A stretch of DNA of 64,000 nt from Phoronis australis. Taxonomy: Eukaryota > Animalia > Phoronida. Numbering within the stretch: position 1 is the stretch's first letter; every line of letters starts with the position of its first letter. The position numbers and the translations under genes were made by a program. Below are positions 54,143 to 64,000 of this stretch, in pieces. Location: positions 1 through 64,000 of the forward strand of contig NMRA01000739.1 of assembly GCA_002633005.1 (NCBI GenBank), read 5' to 3'. A model generated the notes under the pieces. The model was not told the origin of the DNA. It did no database searches and was given only the letters and a program-made list of their open reading frames with translations.

Positions 54143-56302
54143 GCCTTTTCTCCACAGGCTATCGGCAAATTGTGTAGTTATCTCCCTCACTTGTAAATTG
54201 CAGCCTGTTCTTGTGTATTTCTTATGGAGGGCTCCTGGCAAGATTTAGCTCATGCGCAGAAGTACATGTTACAAATTTCTGGCGTTGGGTCAACTGCGGG
54301 TTTGCCTCTACCACAATCCACGTTCGCCCTATAGTCTATACAAAGTTTACCCCCTCCATCCATTGCAACCCTCGACCACACCATGTGTACCCCGACAACT
54401 AGTCCATCTCGCCCCCATCCCCACCCCTTTTGTTCGCTCTTAAACAGGCTAGAAGGAAAGTAAACATCATTGTTGAGGGGAAGGGAGCACAAATTAATTC
54501 AACATTGTCCAAGCTGCCTTATGCCTCTGTGGTCCCAATGTCAGATTGCGCGTGTTCCCACCACTTCCGCTACCCCAAGACCGTCGCCATTTTCGTATCC
54601 CTCCGTTATTTGGTTACGGTTTTTGATGTTTAGGGAGCGAGCATACTCCGTGGAGGTAGCGTCATCCAGAAACTCGGGTCGGTATCTGCGCTTCAACAAA
54701 ACTTCGCAAAAGTCACTAGGCACGTGGCGCGATAAGGGTGATGATTTCAATCTTTTATGAATTTCACTTTATTAAGGGTCGAAAGAGATGTTCTACCGAA
54801 GTCACTCTTTTGGGCATGCGAAAATAATATATTGTAAGAAATCTCACTGGGTGTACTAAAATCCTGAGGATTTTCGGGAAAAGCTCACTTTATGGGCCTG
54901 CATTGAGTTGGTACACTTTGAGAGTGTGGGGCTGCGGGGTCCTAATACGCAGCCTAGGGTATTGTTTCAAAATCCTTTGTTAAAAGTCAGCACCCGAGTA
55001 TCTAGCGGCTGACCTCCGGAGCGCGGGAACAAAAATGACTTTGAACTTCCCGTCGTGCTGCGTGAAATTTCACCGAAACTCTGATCTTTTTGAGGGTTGT
55101 TACAAATTGGCAAAATCACCTCGTGAACTTTAAGGAACCCAGACAGAGATGTTTTCAAATTCTAACCTGCATCAAAGTTCAATGAAGCATCACTTCGTGA
55201 ATCATCATCCGTTGGACATGTACACTGTACAAGGCCATCAAAAATCATTCTTATGGCAGCTTAGTCGACGCAGTGAGTTTCGTACCAGCATCTCCCTCTT
55301 CACCAATGCTTTCTTTCAGAAAAGCGATCACCGAGAATATTGAATTTGTGTAGCATGCTCGCAACCAGCCTTCAATATGGAGGGCTCGAATTCCTGACGT
55401 TGTGGACCTTTTGCTAGCAAAAGAGCGAGTGGACTGAAAAAAATGGGAGCACCACTGGGAATTGCGCGTGTGCGCTTGTTTGTGGACTTTTGTCCCATTT
55501 ACTCGGACTTTTTGTCTCTCAGGAGTGGACGTTTTTGCCCACTTCGCAAAATGTGGGGCTCAAACGCCTAGTGTCATCCTCGGACCACCCTACCCTAGCC
55601 ATAGAGAGGGTCCTGAAGAGACATAGTTTACCATTCACTAAAAATGTCTCCTCAATCAATTTGGTCCAGCTCCATGGAAACATTGTGCACAACATTCTCG
55701 AAGAACATGCATGTGTGAATAAGAGCATGAGACTACAATTTTTATAAAGACTAGAGGCACCCTTACTTAGACGGTCCCCCAACGGGTAAATTCTGCAATG
55801 CCACTGATATTTGACATATATTCTCTCTTCTACATGTTTCGCTGTGTCTTTCTTTTCTTGATTTTGCTGCCCCTCAAGCTCACCCTGCCACACGTAAGTC
55901 TTTTACGATCGCCACGACGATTTCACTCAAGCGCTTGCAAATTATTGAGAAGCATGCACCCACCTGCCCACCCCGCCCCCTTCCAATGTCTGATCTCTCT
56001 ATTTGAAGAGGCTGCTGCCCCTCTACTTCATCAATGAGCAGACTTGACCCCTTGTCCCTGTCTCCCGCTTTCTACTGGGCCTATGGCAGCTGTGCTTTTT
56101 TACATGTAGGTGCCTGCATTCTATAGAACAGCACCAAAGTGGATAATCAGGAGCTGCAGAACATTCTTGTACCAGTGTCAATAATTGTGCCCGCTCCAAC
56201 TGAAATGTCAGGGACAGGGAATATCTGTGTATAGTTTTTGTCTAAGCAATGGCGACAAGCTGAAATATTACTCATTAAAAGATTGATTTATTCGTATCAC
56301 AG

Positions 56303-56509
56303 TTGAAGTAATGGCGTCGGCCGGAAACATTGGTGAGTACTTGGGAATACCAGCCAGTCTACTCCTAAGTCACTGCACTCCACGGTGGACGATGGTGACC
56401 GCTATGACAATGTCAACGGTAGGCTTCGCCCTCTTTTGGATGGCTGCAAAGCTAAAGCACGTGTTCACTCACTACAGCGCCGCAGTGACAGCGTTTTACT
56501 TCATTGGAG
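56303..56509 (+). CDS. MFS transporter exon 2
   Basis: tatcacag|TT ... GGAG|gtacga; 207 nt, phase 1-1. Encodes IEVMASAGNIGEYLGIPAS and TM2-4. Confidence 0.85.
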
Positions 56510-57662
56510 GTACGAATAGACCTGCCATTTGGGCTCGCTGGTTCCCTACGTGCCTCTAGGTGGTCGGTAGCCAGCACGTGTTGGCTAGGCACGTAGGGAA
56601 TCACCCAGCCATTTGGGCAGTGACACCTCGCGTGCACTCTTGAATAATCTGAAACACCAGGTGTTTTGGTAGCCTCAGCAAAGCTTTTTTCACGTGAGAG
56701 AACTTCAATAATACGGCCGATCATTTTCCATTTTGAAAGTTACGGGCCGAAATCCGCACATGCACGGTTCCGGGCTTTGTAGGCGGGTATCACAGAAAAT
56801 GAAGAAATTAGAGCGGGTGAGGTTTAACGGCAATTTTTTGGTCTAAATGGGAAATGCTTGCAACGAATGTTGTACAGTGGTTTCTTAAATTAAAGTAATT
56901 GTTTTGAGTAAATAACATCCAGAAATTTAGTCTTTACTCTAGTCTACCCCGCCGGCTTCGAAGGTCACGACACTTGCTCATTTGCTCAATGGGGATTTTT
57001 TGGCACAAATATATTGGTAACCTTTAGACAAGTAGAAATTTCTTGCTAAAAATCTGATTAGTACTGACATGTTTTAACCTAAATTTCTGGAATCTGGAGT
57101 TCAAGAGCATGGCTTTCTTAGTTCCCCTTATCGGCACGTGTGCAGTCGGTCGTAAATTCTTAACGTTAGGAGCTTTGACACAGAGTGTAAACAAGGGCTT
57201 CTATTGGCCCAGACCAGTGATAACGTCAAATTTAGCAACTCAAACTGTGGTCTTTGTCCGAGGTTATTCGGATGGGAAAACCTCATCCATACCACATCGG
57301 ATATTTTCGTTGCATTAAGTTTCCTGTCGGAGGAAAACGCTGTATGCAAATGTGCCGATTTCAATCCTACGGCATGTCATTTCAGTAATGCGGCACGACA
57401 TGTGACTCAACATGGATAATTCTGACAAAATTACTACAGAGTTTAGTTGAGATTTTTCCAGAAACACGTTGAGAACATTATTTGATTGCCAACTTCCCAG
57501 AAAACACGATCGTGATATGTTCTGATGTATAATATATAAAAAATCCACATAATTTGAATTTTAACCATCTTACCCGCCAGATTCGAGTCAAGCTCTGATT
57601 AAACCTTACAAATTCACTTTGTGATGGATTTACCTACCTGGAATGACCTTAAGTGTCTTGCA

Positions 57663-57988
57663 GACGATAAATGTAAGGCGTATGGATTTCTACTTTGCAC
57701 TACTTTGTGATTCGCCCATGTAATATGTAGAGAATCCTGCACTCGTTTCAGGTTTATGACATGGGGAATACCTCTTGGAAATGTCGTCAAAATCACGAGA
57801 CTTTATTTTCTCGCGTGAACCGTAAATACGATCTTTTTTGCCGAAAAACTCGACGTGTATAAAACAATCAGCCACATGACGCATTGTTTGGTTGGCGCGG
57901 GTTTGGTTGTTCAGTGTTTTGATGACGATAAAATGTAAGGAGTGTGGATTTCTACTTTACACTAGTTTGTAAAATGCCCATGTAATAT
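57663..57988. repeat. Pair of ~65-bp direct repeats ~260 bp apart
   Basis: gacgataaa(a)tgtaagg.gt.tggatttctacttt.cacta.tttgt...gcccatgtaatat occurs twice. Confidence 0.7.
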
Positions 57989-58603
57989 CAAAACATTACG
58001 TACTCGGTGTTATTAACCAGTCGTGTCGTAATACATTCCAGGTGATGTGAAAATTGTAGTTATCAAATCAAGTCTAATTCCATTGCTTCATTTTCATCAT
58101 ATTTTGTAATTATTGTTCCTCAAGCGAGACTCTTGAGGTACGGTTCCATGTGCTCAGAGATTTCTCGGCAAAATTAGTCAACTACATGTACCACAATTAC
58201 TCTGATCATTTTTAATACGACCTGTGGCTTTGGGTGGACACCGGTAGTTTTTTTTTTTGGCCTCTCATCGGATATCTTTTAAGCCCCAGTCGTACAACCA
58301 CATTCGACAACCTGCAATACCCAATGTCATTAGTTTTTCAACAAGACATTTTTTGGGTGTTAAAATCATGTTACAGTATTTTACCGAAAGTTAGTTACAT
58401 TTTGCGTAAATGAAAATTTCGGGTAACCTCCTTGGCTGCGAGATCGAAACACATATTAAGTACGATCAAATTTGGCATTCCAGGACAATTGTGCTATGGC
58501 CAATCTCAGTATGACTGATGACTACCCACAATAATTTCTACTAGCCCACATAGGCGTGGATCATACGCTTCGAGTTTGAAATCTCTGAGTGGTTATTAAC
58601 AAG

Positions 58604-58817
58604 GTGTTCAATCGGAATTGGATCCCCGTTGTAAAATAGATATCCCGGCGGGGAGTCGAAAACACACTTGGCCCACCATCAAAACCGACCGGGGACGGAG
58701 TTCGTGTTTTAAAGGTAGGGGTGACCGTCGTGATTAGGTTAGCTGTTTTGAAGGAGCGGGTCTGTTTTCGACTTCGGGATCCTGTTTTACATCAGGACTA
58801 CAACTTCGATGGAACAC
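58604..58817. mobile_element. Degenerate palindromic MITE
   Basis: gtgttcaatcggaattg..gtaaaa..atcccg..agtcgaaaaca pairs with its diverged reverse complement ending ...cttcgatggaacac. Confidence 0.6.
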
Positions 58818-58937
58818 TCAGATTAACCACCATTAATTTCCCGTTAGCAGGCATCACTGTTTAATTTTGAAAATTCTAAAACTGTCAGTTAGTTTCATGT
58901 TCATGGTATTTGCCGCATGACGACGATATTTTTTCAG

Positions 58938-59893
58938 CTCATGGCACTGTATACACGACGATGGCTTGTCTCCTCGTCAACATGGACAATTTTTCAATCA
59001 AGCATATCGGGAAAATAGTCGTCCTCATGGACACTTTGTACTGCTTAGGCACGCCGCTTGTGGCGCTGTTATATTCGCTGCTATTTTCACATTCCGGAGT
59101 CTCCGGTAAAGACAATCTAGAAGACTTCCTCTTATTCGCCGCAGTGATGTATGTAAGTGTCAATGGACTCTGTGTCATATTCATAAACAGTTACAAAGAG
59201 AAAACGGAAGATACAGACTTGGAAACTTCCCCGTTGATCCAACAAGACGGTGCTACTTCCGGTACTCCCATTATGAGCATTCGCGCCATGGCCAAGGACT
59301 GGTCAATACATTTCTGCGTTTGGCAGCAGGTCATATGCGTTGCCTTGGGAACCATGTACACCAATAACATCACCACGGTACTCCACTCTCTCAACTTGGA
59401 CAAGTTGTCAACTTTATTCACATCTTACTTATCGCTGGCCTCTACAATTCTCACCCTCATCATTTGCAGCCTGACTGATTACACTGAGAAGTGGATTCGT
59501 CGCTCATACTTCATACTCGTAAGCGTTGCTGTTCAGTTATCGGCATTTGCAGTTCTAATTTTTCTTATAGACAACATGGCCCTGCTTATAGCCATTACGT
59601 TGTTGGAGTCTCTTGCATTTGGCTGCAACTGGTCGCTGACTTCCGCCGTTATGGGTAAGAGATTGGGAGTGCGTAACTTCGAGAAATTATGGGGCATCGT
59701 CCTCGTCTTTGACGCTGCCGCAATCTCGCTGATTCAAGGCGTGTTCGGCTGGATCTACGAAAGCTACATAACAGTGAAAGGAGGAAATGATTGCTTCGGG
59801 CCGGGCTGTTTCACGTGGATTATGGTGCTGTCGGCGGGGTTGAACTTTTGCGCATTAATACTCAGCATCGGGGTTGTAGGTCATGGTTGGTAG
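58938..59893 (+). CDS. MFS transporter exon 3 (terminal); spliced product up to 448 aa
   Basis: ttttcag|CT, phase 1. Multiple TM segments, GVRNFEKLWG, and IYE..CFGPGCF typical of the Nodulin-like/NFD4 C-terminus. Exon lengths 184+207+956=1347 nt, in frame. Confidence 0.9.
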
Positions 59894-60422
59894 ATTCCGT
59901 CGCGACCATACTTACATGTAGATACGACGTCATTTTTTGTTAATGACTGCACGCCGAGATTATTAATTGATCCATTTTACCATGCGATAGAAGCGTTTGA
60001 GTAAAATATGTAAAAAGTGAAACGAAACTTGTTGGTATCATGTTTTCAAAAATGACAAATCAATGAAAACTATTGAATTGTTCTGCAGTTAATTCCAGTC
60101 CAATTCTATGTACAAATCCTGATTCAAGATTATCAAACAACAATAGACTTGGTTGAAAACACGCCTGGACTTTTTGTTAAGACATCTCTCAGGTCTTCCG
60201 CGATATAGCTGCACCCCTGAAGAAAGGAGATTGTTTAGACAATACGACCGAGTCTGTATTACGCTGTGAAACAAAAAGTCTAGTCGAGTTTTCAACGAAG
60301 TTAGTGTAACTAACGAAGTACTGCTACAGAACTATACCAAAAATAAATAGAAAGAAAATGCACAATACACTGTTTAGTTGGCCATTTTTGCCTCCTTACC
60401 TTGACCTTGAAAGCGATGATAG

Positions 60423-60518
60423 ACATGTCCACAGGCGTCCTCAGCTTCTGATCGTCCCCAATACACTATATGTAGTGTATTGGGGGCGATCAGAAGCTGA
60501 GGACGCCTGTGGACATGT
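60423..60518. repeat. 96-bp near-perfect palindrome
   Basis: 46-bp arms, 4-nt loop (tatg) and a single T:G mismatch. Confidence 0.95.
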
Positions 60519-63168
60519 TAAGTTAACCAAACAAAAAACAATCCGTGAGTTCGGTCTCAGTCATCTTAAGTTACTTTCTCTTTATAAAAATCATAACACG
60601 GTCAGACCATTTTCTACATGTTACTTGTTTTTATATACATTTTATGCCAGGTAGACTTTCTTACATGAGCAAGTTTGGCCATTTGAAATGACAATTTTTT
60701 TGCCGGGACTAACGAGAACTCGCCAGTGACACTCGAAATACACACAGCGGCACAACTATCAGTGGTTGGGAATTTTCAAAGAAACCAAGGTACATGTAAT
60801 ATAAAAATACAGCTATATAGTATTTCAATATATTTTAAATTCTGAAATGGCAATTCCATAAATAAATACAAATATATTTACAATTACGTTCGACTCTGTG
60901 GCAAAATGATAGACAGCAATTGATTGATTAGCCTTTGCCAGAAAAAAGAACAATATAACTCCAACCCATTAAGTGCTCTCTATTGAAAAGCGAGGGGATT
61001 CATTGGGGGCAATTGAGACCAGAAAAAGATAAGCGCTCTGTTGTGGGTTAGGTACAGTACAGTACACAAGCCTAGTCAACCCATCACCCTCATCAAACCT
61101 GAAGAGAAAAGACTGCCGGGGCATCTCAACAAAGTAGCAGCAGTTACATGGGGTTGTAACATTCTGTTGTAGTTAACCAATTTTTGGCATTCGGGGGACT
61201 AAAAAGCCTAAAATATTAATGACCACTAAATTTTTCATAAGTCACGCCAAAAGCAGCCTGGACTGCACGCAACCTTTTTGTTTAACTAGGGGTGACATTA
61301 CTGCCATCGGTCTCTGTTCCCGGACTCTCCCAAACAAGAGAAGACAGTCACATAAGTTTAGGAAGTGTGGTAACTGACTATTCAAATCCCAGAGAATAAC
61401 ATTCAGTGTTCATAGCTGGTAAATGAGATGCATCCCTCGTGTGTTCAAGTGACTCACAGGCTTTGATAACATTTTCATTTGGCTTGACCATAATTTTCCA
61501 GATGAAAATCAACCTCGCCACCAACTTAGGCTAGTAAACCAGGACCATGAACTCCAGAGTAGGGGTCTAATTTTTGAGCTTCAACGCGAAATCATTTTTG
61601 AGTGCTGATCTGTTATTCTGTTCAGAGGTATACCGTTGGGGAAAGCAAGAATCAGAGATTGCAACATTTCTTCTGGCAAAGGCATCGTCAAAAATAGCTT
61701 TACGTCCGAGCACAATAGTCATACTAGCTGTGCGTCCCAACGCAACAGTCACGCCAGCTGCGACCACAGGATGGTCAAAACCTAAAAATTTAAAAATAAT
61801 GAGTTACTCAGATCTTGTATGATATCCACCAGCTAACATTCACGGAAGGAAATGGTAGAATAAACCTAATGAAAATATTGAATTTGTGTGTGGGAAAAAG
61901 TGGCACACTAACACTTACTGCTGTGCCCCATTTAACAATCTTGTAAGTTGGCATGCAAAAGAAAAATAGGCCTTAAAGGGGCGTCATCATTTTTGCGGCC
62001 AAAAATGCAGTTTTGGGATCATTGTTGAATGAGATGAATTTGTTGAAGCTATTGGCTTTGAGAGGAGCTATCAAAACTAATCCAGTCTGGTGTCCTCTTT
62101 CCCTAAAACTGCTACATAACAGGAAATCTGGCTCAAGAGCATTTCGCTGCACTTATACCTTATTTCTGTAAAATTTCTTTTTTCTCAGAGAATTTCACTT
62201 AAAACAACAACTGGTCTTAATTCCACCGGCCCTTTTCTTGAACAGTTTATTGTTTTTTTCTTTTGAACTTCGGCTAAACATCAGTGTATGGATGGCTAGG
62301 CTCGTTTCACGAAAACAGGCTAAAACTGAAACAGTTCTGAGGTGGGAATGGGTAACATTCAGTTCAGAGATAAATGAATTAGAGAACGTGCCAGTGTGGT
62401 ATCCCATGCACCAAAGACGCAAGCAAATCAAACCTACGGACGATCTCTGAAAGAGCCCCCTCCACAGAAAGAGTCGCCACAGGGTCCTCTTGGAAACAAA
62501 GTTCAAAAAAGATACCAAGGCAGATCTTTCAAGATCAATCTTCATGTCTGCCGCATGCGTAAAATGCAATTTTTGGCCCTAGAAATATTTCACAATCATC
62601 ACTTGCTAATTGATTAGTCATGCTGACTTATAATAGCAAAGCTGCCAACACAGTGAAAACTTTTTAAATAAAATACACGGCAATTCTCCAATTAATTTCC
62701 ACAACACTAATTGTCAAAACTGCCACTGGTTGCCTCAAATAATTGAAATTTTGCTCAATGTTGCTTTATAACATCTACACAGTACAAAGAATTTTTCCTC
62801 AAATTTTATGTTTGTGGAGAAATTTCACTTGTCACCATATTGTGTGCTAAATAAGTGAAAATTTACCCATACTTTCAAAGCACACGGGATTGGCTGAATT
62901 TTTTAAATAACACACTCGTAGGAGTCTGTAGCTCAGACCACTGAGCTTCAGTGTCTACTCTGTGGCTGTATGAGGGCGCTGCAGTCTGCAAAAATTCCTG
63001 GAAGCTGTACAATATCAGGTGTTCTAAGAAGTTGAAAAGATAACTCACTGGATTCACAATTCGTTAGTCTCTGAATTAAATTTGCTACAAATGCACTTCC
63101 ACACTGATAACCAGTATAAACAGTTTCAAAGTGCTTGACCAATGTCCAGTGCCGCAGATCATCCAAAC

Positions 63169-63287
63169 TCAGGCAGCTGTATTCTCCCTGTACACGTTTT
63201 GCAGCACCTTGTTCTGCTTCAGGTCTTTCTGTCTGGCCTCCAGTGCCCTGTACACCAGCTCAGGGCGGTCGGGGTGGGTGAAGTAGC
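63169..63287 (-). CDS. Probable terminal exon of an unidentified gene extending beyond the window
   Basis: Strong acceptor ttcttcttttcag and GC3-rich codons. Encodes YFTHPDRPELVYRALEARQKDLKQNKVLQNVYRENTAA*. Confidence 0.6.
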
Positions 63288-64000
63288 CTGAAAAGAAGAA
63301 CTGAAGAAGGTGAAATCCAGACAGACATTGGGACCAATCATTGCACCATTCGCTATTGACAATAGAAAAACAATAGTCAGGGAGGGATTCATTACTTGGC
63401 ATATAATCTCCAACAAAACAGTTTAAGGAAAAACATATTATGACGCCTGGGGCATGTGAAGTAGCAAAGCATTTAAAACGATACGCAATGTCACTTTGAA
63501 AGTTTCAATATGCAATGTTAGAATACCTGTGAAATACACCAACTACACGCACAGGGCTTAATATTTTTGTTCCAAACAGCCACTTGCGAGCAGAATCTGC
63601 ACAAAATTGCATACAAAAAGGCTCATTTTACAGTATTGATGCAATGCTGCAGGATCATTAAAAAAATTTTTACAAAATCATTGCGTAAAACTGAGCCTTT
63701 CACACTGGCAGGCTTCCCAATTGTCATTTACTTTCAAATGGGAGACAGACACTGGTCCATGTATCTTGTAGCACAATGCCCCATTGGTGACAAAGAAAGA
63801 ACCAAAACCATCAAATAGGGAATCATCCAAACGAATTTCAAGTTCAAACATGTGTCGTACAATCATACGTCCACATACCACTAGGTGTGTATGACCAGTT
63901 ATCAGTGTTTTGTGAAAGTATCCATTTCAGTAACGAACAAAAAACAAAGTTTTAATAGTCTTTATTGATGCATACTTTAAGAACTTTTTTGTTGTGAGTT

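Noticed and set aside
60013-60029. IRF/ISRE-like motif aaaagtgaaacgaaact
   Set aside because: A single short motif in an AT-rich 3' flank, far from the TLDc genes, so it may be chance.

Overview
AT-rich eukaryotic scaffold window with spliceosomal introns, three N gaps and many transposon relics. It looks like a marine invertebrate, but that is inference. Main content: (1) a tandem pair of TLDc-domain genes. The complete copy is modelled as a signal-peptide exon (24257-24320) followed by four TLDc exons joined by phase-1 introns (35958-39428; 736 aa if no other exons intervene). The terminal exon of a paralog lies at 833-1377. All five domains share four invariant extra cysteines and most carry N-glycosylation sequons, which suggests an extracellular TLDc family, whereas characterised TLDc proteins are intracellular. 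(2) A 3-exon Nodulin-like/NFD4/MCH1-type MFS transporter (51379-59893). (3) The terminal exon of an unidentified convergent gene (63169-63287, -). (4) Transposon relics: an Academ-type element, a ~3 kb foldback element, a decayed CR1/L2-group LINE, Penelope and Helitron fragments, two internally deleted pogo-like elements, several MITEs, a tRNA-derived SINE, minisatellites and a near-perfect 96-bp hairpin. All assignments come from reading the sequence by eye; no searches were run.
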